Assembly: GCA_043228905.1 (NCBI GenBank)
Contig: JBHGNT010000002.1
Span: 21,018,001-21,082,000 of the forward strand
DNA: 64,000 nucleotides
DNA from: Azolla caroliniana
Lineage: Eukaryota > Plantae > Polypodiophyta
Direction: 5' to 3'
A program made the translations under genes and the position numbers. This document shows, piece after piece, positions 9,884-21,479 of this stretch. Numbering within the stretch: the stretch's first letter is position 1; each line of letters begins with the position of its first letter. A model generated the notes under the pieces. It was given only the letters and a program-made list of their open reading frames with translations. It was not told the DNA's origin and made no database searches.

Positions 9884-12800
9884 TCACTTCGGCATGGGAT
9901 GTCTCTCCAATCCAATCGTCTTCCGGCATGCTTCCAACTTGTCGGGTGTGAGCACTTTGGTCAGCATATCTGAGCCGTTCTCGTCCGTGTGGATCTTTGT
10001 CAGCACGAACTCCTGTTCTTCTATCCTTTCCCGGATCCAGTGATATCTTCGCTGGATGTGCTTCGTCCGGGAGTGATAGGCCGCGTTCTTCGCAAGGTGG
10101 ATGGCACTCTGACTATCGCAGTAGAGTCGGTACTCCTCCTGCCGGATACCGAGCTCTCTAATGAAGTCCTTCATCCATATTATTTCCTTGCCGGCTTCAA
10201 CAGCCGCCATGTACTCCGCCTCCGTGGTTGACAACGCAACCGTCTTCTGCAGCCTCGACTGCCATGAAACAGCTCCCCCTGCATACGTCATCACATACCC
10301 TGATGTGGACCGGCTGGTATCTGCGTCAGCCGACATATCCGAATCGGTGAAGCCGTCGAGTTCGGGCTTACCGGAGCCGAATCGGAGGCACACGTTTGCC
10401 GTGCCCTTCAGGTATCGGAGTATCCACTTGACCGCGTTCCAGTGCTCCTTGCCGGGATTGCTCATGTACCGGCTCACCACTCCGACTGCGTATCCAATGT
10501 CCGGTCTTGTACACACCATTGCGTACATCAAGCTTCCGACGGCAGAGGCATATGGCACTTTCATCATGTCCTCCTTCTCAGCCTTTGTCTTGGGGCTTTG
10601 CTTGCTCGACAGCTTGCAGTTTGTCGGGAGGGTCGATCCGACCGGTCTTGCTTCCGACATGTTGAACCGGTGAAGCACCTTTGTCACGTACTACTCCTGT
10701 GACAGCCACAACTGCTTCTTCTTCCGGTCTCTGATGATGTGCATCCCTAGTATTTGCCTCGCCGGACCCAGGTCCTTCATTGAGAAGGTTTGGTGAAGTG
10801 CTTTCTTCAGCATCCGTATCTTGCCCTGGTCCCGTCCGACGATCAACATGTCGTCCACGTACAGGAGGAGTATTAGAGAGTCTCCTCCTTCGAACTTCTT
10901 CACAAACACGCAGTGATCGGACTGCGTTTTGTGGTACCCTTCGTCGGTCATGAAGGAGTCGAACTTCCGGTACCATTGCCGGGGAGCCTGCTTCAGTCCG
11001 TAAAGGCTCTTCTTCAACCGGCATACCAGGTGCTCCTTCCCTTTCTTCTCGAATCCTTCCGGTTGCTGCATGTAGATCTCTTCTTCGAGGTCACCGTGAA
11101 GGAATGCCGTCTTCACGTCCATCTGTTCTATCTCGAGGTCCATGCTTGCCGCTATGCTCAGCACCGTCCGGATGGAGGTCATCTTCACTACCGGGGCAAA
11201 TATCTCGTCGAAGTCGACGCCCTTCTTCTGCTGGAACCCCTTCACTACTATCCTGGCTTTGTATCTCGGGGGGTTTCCGGCATCTCCCGGTTTCAGCTTG
11301 AACACCCACTTGTTTCGAAGTGCCCGCTTACTTTTCGGCAGCTCCACAAGTTCATATGTGTGGTTCTCATGCAGGGAATCCATCTCCTCCTGCATGGCAC
11401 TTAACCACCTGCGGCTATGGTTGTCAAGCTTTGCTTCTTCAAAACTTTCTGGCTCCCCTTCGTCGGTTAGCAGCACGTGCTCTGGTTCCGGAAATCTCCG
11501 GGGGGCCCTTCTCTCTCTTAGAGGATATCTCCGTTCCGGAGCTTCGGTAACCGGTTCTTCCGATTCTTCTTCATCCGAATCCATTTCGGGATCGGGGCCG
11601 GTTCCGGTATCATTTTCATCTTCTTCGGCCGGTTCTGTTTCTTCACCGTCTTCGGCCGGATCCTCGAGTGCTAACCGGTCCCTTGCCGGTCGGGACTGCT
11701 CCTCGTAGAGTTGATCCTCACCGGTCGACTTGGAGCTCTTCATCTTCTTCTCCGACTCCCAGTCGGCGAGTGTCTTGTCCTCCATGAAGATGATATCACG
11801 ACTCCTGAATATCTTCTTGTCGACCGGGTCCCATACTCGGTAGCCGAACTCGTCGTCGCCGTAACCGAGGAATATGCATGGCCGGGTCTTTGGATCTAGC
11901 TTTCCTCTCCGGTCCTTTGCCACATGCACATATGCGAGACACCCGAACACCTTCAGATGCCGGTAGGATACTTCCCTACCGGTCCACACTCTCTGCGGCG
12001 TGTCTCCGTCCAAAGGTACTGAGGGTGATCTGTTTATCACGTATGTCGCCGTCGACATTGCCTCAGCCCAAAACCCCTTGGGTAATTTCGCATGCGCCAG
12101 CATACTCCGGACCCTCTCCATTATGGTCCGGTTCATCCTCTCGGCCAGTCCGTTTAGTTCCGGCGTCTTCGGCACAGTAAACTCGAGCCGGATTCCCTTC
12201 GAGCGACAGTACTCCTGGAACTGCCCCCGGTATTCCCCTCCGTTATCCGCTCGTATCGCTTTCAGCTCCTTGCCGGATTCCCTTTCCACTCTCGCGTGGA
12301 GTTCTTTGAAGACGGACAATACTTGGTCCTTTGTCTTCAACGGTGCCGTCCACAGCTTCCGGCTATGGTCATCTATGAATGTTACGAATTACTGGGCTCC
12401 GCCATGTGACTTCGTTTCTACCTGACACACATCAGTGTGTACCAACTCCAATGGTACACTACGTCTCGTCGGTGGCCTTGGGTGGAAGGAGGTTCGGTTC
12501 TGCTTACCGGCCAGGCAATCGGTGCACTTCTCCAGGTGCACATGCTTCACTGGAATGAGGTTGTCTTCTGCAAGCCTCTTCATCCCCTTCTCACTCATGT
12601 GGCACAGTCTTTTGTGCCACAGCTCACCGGCAGTGTCGGCTGCCACATTCAGCTCTTCCGGACATAACCGGGCATTCATCAGGTACAGTGTGTTGTCTTT
12701 CCGGGCCCGAGCCACTATCAGGCTCCCTTTGCTGAACTTCATGACACCGTTCCGGATGCTCCCCGTGTAGCCTTCATCATCTAGCCTCCTGGCCGAGATC

Positions 12801-13975
12801 AGGTTCAATCGGACCTCCGGAACGTGTCGAACATCCTTCAGCAGCATCTTGCATCCGGTTGATGTCATCAGCCACACGTCTCCTATGCCGGCAATCCGGC
12901 ATGTACCTTCATTTCCCATCCGGACACAGCCGTGCTCACCGGCTGTGTAGGATGAGAAGTATTTCTTCTCCGGGGTCAGGTGGAACGACGCTCCGGAATC
13001 GACCACCCAGGTCATCTCTTCACCGGCAAGGTTTAGCTCACCTTCTTCGGTGATGAGCATGATTTCTTCCTCACTTGCCGCGAGTGCCGTTGTTCCTTTC
13101 CGGTCCTGCCCTCGCCAATCCGAACCTCTCCGGTCCGTGGCTCCCCGGTATGCACCGTTTCTCTCCGGTGACTTCTTCGAATCGGTGTCGTCGGCTCCGT
13201 TGTCTTTTCGGTAATGCCGACAATTCTTTCGGAAGTGCCCCGGCTTCCCACAGTGGAAGCATGTGGGCCTTCCTCTTGACTGCGACCGGGTCCCCGACTT
13301 CTCCCGTCTTTGCGGACTCCGGTTCCATTGTCTTCCCCGATCCGATTCGGTAAGCAGCGCCTTCGAGTCGGAGGCCGGTTCTTTATCTCTCCGACGCGCT
13401 TCTTCGTTCAAAATACTTGTCTTTACCGTTTGTAAGGACAAGTTATCTTCGGTGCAGGAGGTGCTGAGAGTCACCACCAAGTTCTCCCAGCTTTCCGGCA
13501 ATGTACACATCAGGATGATGGCTTGCATTGCATCCTCCAACGGGAACTTGATCGCCGCAAGCTGATTCACGAATCCCATGAACGTGCTTACGTGTTCCAC
13601 CATACTCTCGCCGTCCCGGTACTTGAGATTCACTATCTTCCTCATCAGGGAGGTCCGGTTCAACGCATTCTTCCTCTCATAGAGGCCCGACAGCTTCCGC
13701 CACATCTCATATGCGTTGGTGTCGTTCGCCACATGTTGTAGAACGCTCACGTCGACGTATTGCCGAATGGTTGCAACGGCTTTCCGGTTCAGAAGCCTCC
13801 ATTCCGACTCAAGTACCCCCTTCGGTATTTCCGACCTGTCAATCGGTTCGTACAGGTCCCGAACAATCAGAAGATCCTCCATCTTGATCTTCCAGTCGGC
13901 GTAATTCTGCGCATTCAGCACCATCATGCCCGGAGGCCCACTACCGCCGCCTTCCATTTTCTGTGTTACCGTCAC
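9884..13975 (-). pseudogene. Copia gag-pol polyprotein (Gag-PR-INT-RT-RH) with two in-frame nonsense codons
   Basis: CFHCGKPGHFRKNC, VVDSGASFH, RADNGGEY, LYVDDM, TTEAEY all in one frame. Stops at 12389-12391 (TAA in place of Tyr) and 10691-10693 (TAG in place of Lys). Confidence 0.93.
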
Positions 13976-13988
13976 TCTGATACCAGTT

Positions 13989-14263
13989 TGTTAAGAATCG
14001 TCGTTCCGATTCTCCTTCCCCACTCGACCACAACCGAGTAAGCGCTAATCAATGCAACAGAAAATAGGAACCACAGAGAGAAACACACGAATACACAGGG
14101 ATTAACGTGGAAAACCCTAACTGGGGAAAAAACCACGGGAGTCCTCAAACTCCAACTATCACTATAGACAGAGATGTACAATGGTGAAGCTACAAGGCAA
14201 CAACCTTGAGCTCACTGTCTTCGCCACAGGCGGCGGCAGTACACAGAGGCAACGACCTCTTCG

Positions 14264-14294
<31 letters not shown>

Positions 14295-14703
14295 ATGAGC
14301 AACAGCAGCCACAATAAACTATTTGCCCTAAGTCATATTTATACACATATGACTTTCGGGCTATTTACAAATATAGCCTCAAGGGGCCTTGGCAAACATA
14401 TTCACAAATATGTCCCCGCATCCGGATCTCTCTCCGGGTACATTCGTCATCTGGATCCGTATCCGGGTACTCTTCATCCGGCTTCATGCGGGTACTCTTC
14501 ATCATCCGGATCCGCATCTGGGTACTCTTCATCCGGCTTCATGTCGGGTACTCTTCATCCGGCTTCATGCCGGGTACTCTTCATCATCCGGATCCGCATC
14601 TGGGTTTGCCGTCATTTATCTCCGGGGACATCCGTAACCGCAACCGGGCTTGCCGTCATCTGTCTCCGGGGACATCCCATCCGGAGGGACCGAAATCCCA
14701 ACA
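13989..14703 (-). repeat. 5' LTR of nested Copia
   Basis: 715 bp, adjacent to the PBS. Confidence 0.97.
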
Positions 14704-15289
14704 AGTAGATCAATTTTAAATACAGGTATGAAAGCCTAATAGGTTTGTTATTTCCACGACATTATCCTAAAGTTCACTGCCTTACATTGTGCACAATTGT
14801 ATACACATATGGTTTGATCCCATATGAACAAACTGAGGAATAGATTAGATCAACTTTTAATATAAGTATTGAATACTTTAATAAGTTAGTTATTCCAATC
14901 ACTTATCCTAATGTGCACTATCCTACATTTTCGACAATTACATACATGCACGTATGGGTCAAAGTATAAATTATATCTCATTTTATTAGTATGGATACAA
15001 GTACACCTCATATTTTTGTAAAACCTACCTAATTAATATAAGTCTTTAAGTTAGTGTTTCCCTTGTCGCACAATAGTGCCATATTGAGCCATAGTTGAAC
15101 TTTATTTAGATACATTAACTTATCAACATGTCTACACTTGCATGATTTCTAATGATCTCCACTCGTAGATCTATCATGTATTTTTATATTTGCAAATTCT
15201 TATCAAGTTGAGGAACATGTGATACTAGTGCATCCAATTATTGTAGAGAGGGTGTATTTTCTTCGTTTTAAGAAGATTCTACAAGTGGA

Positions 15290-15325
15290 ATGCGCAATCC
15301 TTCCACTTGTGAACGCGAACGTGTT
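15290..15325 (-). repeat. Right terminal inverted repeat
   Basis: atgcgcaatccttccacttgtgaacgcgaacgtgtt is the reverse complement of the left TIR with one mismatch. Confidence 0.92.
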
Positions 15326-16891
15326 TTAACCGAAATGAGATCGGACTCTCTTCTAGAGTGTCGACGTCTTCATCTTCTAACTGGACCGGTTCAGGCTCAC
15401 TTGCCTCATCCTCCGGTATCGGGTCGGGATCGGAAGTCAGAGCCGGTAAGGCATACCATGATGCCGTCTCATCAAACTCAACATCCCGGCTAACTCAGAC
15501 CTGCTTCGTCCGGGGGTTATAACATTTATACCCCTTTTGCTCATGCGAGTAACTGACTAGGATGAATTTCTCCGACTTTGCATCCAACTTCCTCTGCTTC
15601 TCATCCGGCACATGCACATATGCTATGCTGCCGAATATCCGAAGGTGTCAGAAATTCGGCTAGCGCCCGAGATACAGCTCATTTGCGGACACTTTGTCAC
15701 TGATCCGGTTTTGGGTATAGACGGCCATCCGGACCGCCTCCACCCAGTAGAATTTGGGCATGCTCTTCTCCTCCAGCATCGCCCTTGCCGCGTCGATAAG
15801 CGACCGGTTCTTCCTCTCGGTTACACCGTTTTATTCCAGTGTGTATCTGCGGCTGAACTCTCGCCGAATTCCTATTTGCTGCAGATAACTGTTGAATTGG
15901 CCGGAAAAATATTCTTTTCCGCCATCTGACCATAGGTACTTGATCTTTCTCTCCGATTCCCGCTCCACCATGCTTTGAAGGTCCCGGAAACAGTCGAAGA
16001 CTTCGCTCTTCCGCTCAATGAGGTAGATTCATGTGTGCCAACTATAGTCGTCGATGAAGGAGACGAAATATCGACTCCCGCCAAGACTTACGTATTGTGC
16101 CAGTCCCCATACATCCGAATGAATAGGGTTGAGCTTGTTACGGCTACGGTTTCGTTCGGTGGGGACTGGAAGCCGGTGTTGCTTCCCGAGTTGGCAGGTT
16201 TCAGATACATGGGCCTTCCGGCCACTAAACTTCGGCAAACTGAAAACAACTTGTTTCTTTTGCAAGTCTTGAAGCTGCCGGTAATTGACGTGGCCGATCC
16301 GCTTGTGCCAGAGATCAATATCCGATTCAATCTTCTATCCTTTGGCGAACAATGCGGTGCCAACATCATTGGTGTTGAGGATGAACATCCTCCCATCTCT
16401 GTGCCCTTGCGCAATGATTTGGCCCTCTTCCTCGATGAAGCACTCGAGGTGCGTAAACCGCACCTGCATCCCCTGGTCGACAATCTGTCCAACCGACACT
16501 AGGTTCTCGTGATAGTTGGAATGTGTAATACGTTCATCAGCTTCCCCCTCTGTCCGACGTGGCTGAAAGGGACTTCTCCGATATACACGATTGGGTGAGG
16601 AGTGTCATCTCCGGTTTCAACAACTCCCGGTTGTTCCGGTTTCTCCAGGAAGGAGAACCACTCTTTGTGGCTCGTCATGTGATTCGATGCACCGGAATCA
16701 ACATACCATACTTCCTCCAATTTGGAAGTGGTCTTCTTCATCGAATTTGCCTAGTGCTTCATTACCAAGGCTGGCCCCTTACCGCTCTTCTTGGTTCCGG
16801 ATCCTTTCGATCCTTGTGCGTAGTGCGAGCTTTGCCGGTTCTCCCGACCGGTTTTGCCAGATCCAGATCTATCCAAATCGGCGCACTTCTT

Positions 16892-17713
16892 CTAGCACTC
16901 ACTTTCTCTATGGCCCTTTTTGCCACAATAACAACATTCCGTGGCAGATTTGTCTTGCCGGCCTTCGGCGCCGCCTTGACTCCCCATGCTTGTGGAAGTC
17001 CCGGAACTGCTACCGACACGTTCTCTGTGTTTTCTTTCCTGCACTTGTCGGCCGCCTCCAGTGCATGCCGACCCACCTCGTCCCCCACGCCCATGGGGCC
17101 TATCCGCCTCCGTGTACAACATCCGGATGTCCGATTGAGTGGTCCTAGACCCACTCGTGTGGTTTTCTTCGACCATCAGCCTCGATTGCAAGTCGAGGAA
17201 GGTCGGTGGTTTCTCCCGGGTGCAGATCTCTGTCTGGATTGGCCCATACCTTTGTGCTAGACCACCAAGGCAGATTTGTACCATTTCGCCTTCGTCCACC
17301 ATCACGTTGATGGACCCAAGTGCGTCACAAATCTCCTTTATTTTGGTGGTGTAGTCCGTAACCGACATATCTTTTTGTCGGATGTTGTTCAGCTCTTGCC
17401 GGAGCTGCAACTTACGGGCTGTGATACTTGCGGCAAAAATCTTACGCAGATTTTCCCAGGCCTCCTTCGGCGTCTTTGCATCCCTGATGTAGCTGAACAT
17501 CTGGTCATGCACACAGGATGCGAGGTAGTATAATACTCGGCTCGCTCCTTGCTCCCATACCGGGAAGTCCTTGTGTCCAGGCTTTGGTGCTACCTCATTC
17601 GTTCCTTCCACAAAACTCCAATACCCATGCCCCAATAGGTACTGGTGCATTTTGTATGACCAGGACGTGTAGTTGCTCCAGTCGAGCTTCTCTATAGGAA
17701 GCGAACTCACCAT
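16892..17713 (-). CDS. Copia Gag (truncated by a stop after the zinc knuckle)
   Basis: KLDWSNYTSW...EAWENL...ARKLQLRQELNNIRQ, CCYCGKKGHRESEC. Confidence 0.85.
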   Translation of the reverse strand: MVSSLPIEKLDWSNYTSWSYKMHQYLLGHGYWSFVEGTNEVAPKPGHKDFPVWEQGASRVLYYLASCVHDQMFSYIRDAKTPKEAWENLRKIFAASITARKLQLRQELNNIRQKDMSVTDYTTKIKEICDALGSINVMVDEGEMVQICLGGLAQRYGPIQTEICTREKPPTFLDLQSRLMVEENHTSGSRTTQSDIRMLYTEADRPHGRGGRGGSACTGGGRQVQERKHRERVGSSSGTSTSMGSQGGAEGRQDKSATECCYCGKKGHRESEC

Positions 17714-17827
17714 ACCTCTGTTTGTATTTTTTCTCTGTCTATTGTTCTGTTCTCACAACCTGTAGGGTTTGTCTTGCGAAAGCGAATGTCGGTTGCAGAG
17801 GTCTTCAACCCTCGCGCTCTGATACCA

Positions 17828-18274
17828 TGTCAAAAGACAACAACTTTGCTGCGTAAGACAACAACTTGGCTGCGTAGCAACAGAGAGAAAGAGAGAGAGA
17901 GAATAATACACAGAATACAGAGAGTACTCGGGAGAGATAGAGAGAGAAGAACAATAATCTAAATTCAAAAACTATAGCAACACTGTGCATGAAACATGCT
18001 CAACAGCACTATTTATACAAGTCCTAAGAGGACTAACAGAAGTACCCCGTACTTCAATGCTCACTCGAGCGTTTGGCACTGACTACGAGACTATTAACTC
18101 CCTAGTAGTCTAACTGCTACTAGGCTTTCGGTTATTGATGTATCTGGCTAACCGGCTCCCCAGCTTACTGGCTCACTTGCTCACTGGGTCACCGATCCGG
18201 CTCATCCTTTTGGATGCCAATCCGGCTCAGGCTTATTCAGCCGATCCAGATCCAGTTGAGCTTGCCGCTCAACA
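17828..18274 (-). repeat. 5' LTR of the outer Copia
   Basis: Begins TGTCAAAAG next to the reverse-complement PBS (ctctgatacca) and ends ...CTCAACA. The right boundary is inferred. Confidence 0.75.
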
Positions 18275-19419
18275 TATGTGAACATGTATAAGACTCGAGC
18301 ATATTTATGTACAAGACTCTCAAATGAACGCATTTGAAAAACAAGACAAATGAAGAGCAGGAACAACAACAAACATGCTCAACAAGAACATGTTGAGGAA
18401 GATAATATATAAATAGCATCACATAATCATTACACCCCTTTACCATAATGAGCATGTACAAGACTTAAGCATATTTCTATAAAAGACTCTCAAATGAGCA
18501 CATTTGAAAAACCAGACATTACAAGAACATTTACAACCAAAATCAACAAGAATATACCTATTCTCGAATAGTTGAAGCTTCTCAATGAATATGTGGTAGA
18601 GTCAGAACCTATTTGCCAAGAATTTATTGTAGATCATGCAACAAAACCTACAATAGGAGGAGACTTAGATGTTGTGTCGCTTGAAGGGGTTGTTGCATGT
18701 TTGTTGTAGATGGGTCACAAGAAGGACATCGAGCTTGGATGGTATGAACACAACGAGCAAAGGGGACAGAGTGAGTAAAGAATGTCCGATACACCATAGA
18801 GGGGTCACAATAATAACAAAGAACAGAGAATGCATGTTCCCTACAGATGGGTCACAACAACAACAAAGAGCAGAGAACTCTTGTTTGCTCTGGATGATGT
18901 GACACAACAAGCACCAATGAGCAGAGATGGTGGGGACATAGTGAACAAAGGGGACAGAGTGAGTAGAGAGTGTCTTGAGGTTGCAGAAGGGTCAAAGAGA
19001 ATACAGAACGTGGTTGCCTGGAGGTGCAGATGGTCTGAAGCGTCGACACAACTTGAACACTTTGTGAATGCAAGAAAAGCAAAGAGAGATCTCAGAGAGA
19101 GAGAGACATCTGAGAAAGAGATAGCGACAAAAGGAGAGAGAGAGAGAGAGAGACAGAGACAGAGAGAGAGTCACTCACTCACCGTCAACAATTAAATTTA
19201 TTACACAAGGGACACTTGAACAGAGACGTAACACTGGAAGGATGTGTGGGTTTTTTGTTCTTTTAAAATTTGAACCCATTGAATGTAACTTTTATATTTT
19301 TAGTAGGTGATGATAAACTTTTTAGTCACTTTTATTGGATTTATTTTAAATTATAGTGTTTATTCTCTTCATCGAAATAGTACTAAAATTTTGGCCAAAA
19401 GTTGGTACACCGTAGCTTG

Positions 19420-21066
19420 CTTTCACCCTTGGCTATACAGATGCTGATTGGGCCAAAAACGCTGACGATCGAAGGTCAACTTCCGGATTCGCATTTTCAC
19501 TTTGCAATGTCGTCATCGCCTGGAGTAGTAAGAAGCAGCCGATAGTTGCACTATGGAGCACTGAGGCCGAGTACCGAGGAGTGGCTGTTGCGACGTGCGA
19601 AGCCATTTGGCTTAAACGGTTGTTAAAGAATCTATAGATTGAGGTGTCTGATTTGACGATGATCTACTTCGACAACCTTAGCAACATCCAGCTGGTGAAG
19701 AACCCCGTCTTCCATGCCTAAAAAAAGCACATTGAGGTGCATGACCTTTTCCTTCGAGAGTGAGTCCTCTCTGGTGACGTCGAATTGGTGTATGTTCTGA
19801 CGGATCGGCAGCCTACTGACATCTTCACCAAACCTCTCGGCCTGGAAAAGTTGCGGCAATTTTCGGGCCAGCTTGGTCTCCAACACCTCGATATGCCGAA
19901 CTTGAGGGGGAAGGTGAAGCCGGAATTGATGATGTTCGAAAAGTCGAATTAGATGACGGTTTCGATTTCAGACCAACTGTTCAAGTCGGAATGTTCTCGT
20001 CGGATCAAGAAGCCGAAGACGGATGGACCTGTGCAGATAGAACAGACAAGTGGAGACTTGTCAGACGTAGGGGGAGCGACCATAAGGCAAAGATGGAGCC
20101 CAAGCCAACCAAAAAAGGGCAAGGTAAAGCCAAGGTGGCTAAGAAGACCAAGACATGGACATGGTCCGATGTCGTGAAGGGTTTGAAGATCGGATATGAG
20201 TTGGAGAAAGCCAACTCGGATAAGAGCAGGAACAAATCGGAAACAACCGATTCGTTCAAGAGTCAAAGTGAATCGGAAGCAGCTGATTCAATCGGAATGT
20301 TCAATTCGAAGGAGTTGAATCGATTGGCCAAGCAGTCGAAAGGGCAACGGAAGTCGACACCGACACGGAGGAGCCAGTGGGTCGAGAAGCGCTACGACCA
20401 CGACAACAAGGGAGTTGACAAGGGCCAAAGGAGTAGACGAACCGACAGGGAAGGTTGAGGTGCACGGAACTGAACAGGTCGTGGGAAGAGGAACCGGATC
20501 GGACGAGGAGCGCGAGCCAGGCGGGAAGACGCCAGGAGGAGTCGGAGGAAACAACCGGCGGACATACATCGCGATCTGACCTCAAGTTGGGCTTGAGGGG
20601 GAGTGTTAAGAGGACCAACTCAACTAGATCTGGATCAGTTGAGTAAGCCAGAGTCGGATCAATATCCGGAGCGGACAATAGAATCGGTGTCTGGACAGAT
20701 CGGTATCCGGAACCTGGAGTCAGACCGGAGAATCAGATTGTACTCCGGAATAATGAAAACCAGTAGGCCGTTGGAGCCTATGGTACGAGCTTAGGGCATA
20801 GGCATATTCCTTGGAGTCAGTGTCAGTTGCTCGTATGAGCACTTAAGTACATGTCAGTACTTCTCTTAGTCCTTTTAAGGGCTTGTATAAAACATGTTCT
20901 ATAGGACATGTGTATGTACAAAGTGTTATTATTTTGAATTAAGTTTTGGTTTGCTATCTCTTTGTCTCTCCCGTGTACTCAAGCTTTCCATTAAACCTCC
21001 GTTCTATGTTTTGATGTCATCCGGACTAGCCGGTTTTGTCGACACTTCCGCACGATAGCTTTTACA
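19420..21066 (+). mobile_element. 3' remnant of a Copia element: RNase H, long 3' spacer, PPT and LTR 20604-21066
   Basis: GYTDADWA..DRRSTSG..SKKQP..STEAEYR; PPT ttgagggggag followed by TGTTAAG...TTTTACA. Confidence 0.8.
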
Positions 21067-21102
21067 TATTTCTTCAGTAGGCTCGGTCAACCAATCCCGA
21101 AA

Positions 21103-21420
21103 TGTAAAAGTTGATATCTGGAAGCTTTGACAAACCAGTTTATCTAGATAGCAACAGAAAACAGAGACAAGGTTTAATGGAAGCTTGAATCAGAGAGACA
21201 GAGAGCATGAGGGAGATAAAGAGAGTAGAACAACATAAACTCAATTAAAAATAATAATGCTTTGTACATACAATCGCTCAGTCAGCACTTTTATACACGT
21301 CCTTAAAAGAACTCACAGAAGTATTGAGAAGTACTTCAATGCTGTTGAGAATCAAGCTCAACTTGGTCTTGTGTGTGAACTCACCTTGAGAGTGAATAGA
21401 CACTCTAACGGTCAAGAGTC
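21103..21420 (-). repeat. Partial Copia-type LTR in inverted orientation, related to 20604-21066
   Basis: tgtaaaag...aaggtttaatggaagcttga matches the reverse complement of the end of the preceding LTR. Right boundary approximate. Confidence 0.55.
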
Positions 21421-21479
21421 ACCATTATGTCACCACTTTGTATTCTAGCATTTAGTATGAGTCACAGAATCATATTCTA

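Larger units (their letters stand above)
9158..14703 (-). mobile_element. Young full-length Ty1/Copia element nested in the DNA transposon
   Basis: Near-identical LTRs at 9158-9873 and 13989-14703 (TG..CA); 5-bp TSD AGTAG (9153-9157, 14704-14708); PBS TGGTATCAGAG at 13975-13985; PPT next to 9874. Confidence 0.97.
549..15325. mobile_element. TIR DNA transposon (Sola1-like) carrying a ParB-like/DNA amino-methyltransferase gene and a palindrome array
   Basis: 36-bp TIRs at 549-584 and 15290-15325 with 1 mismatch; TTAA on both sides (545-548, 15326-15329); the empty site restores the host Copia reading frame; transposase ORF is uninterrupted. Confidence 0.9.
1..18274 (-). mobile_element. Ty1/Copia LTR retrotransposon (degenerate, runs off the window start); host of the DNA transposon at 549-15325
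   Basis: 5' LTR TG..CA at 17828-18274, followed on the minus strand by PBS TGGTATCAGAGC (tRNA-iMet). Gag 17713-16892 has a CCHC-like knuckle; protease WYVDSGASNHMT; integrase HSDVWG and ..KFILVSY..KGYKCY, frameshifted. Pol resumes at 548-1 (AKDANW...WDLVDP...WVYKIK). Joining the flanks restores the codons ...ESPISFRLSGPNERLS. Confidence 0.9.

Noticed and set aside
9350-14719. Plus-strand ORFs across the nested Copia and its LTRs
   Set aside because: Antisense or repeat-derived shadow ORFs of a GC-rich element, with no recognisable domains.
18280-19415. Possible non-autonomous element with GA microsatellite
   Set aside because: No TIR, TSD or coding similarity could be established by eye.
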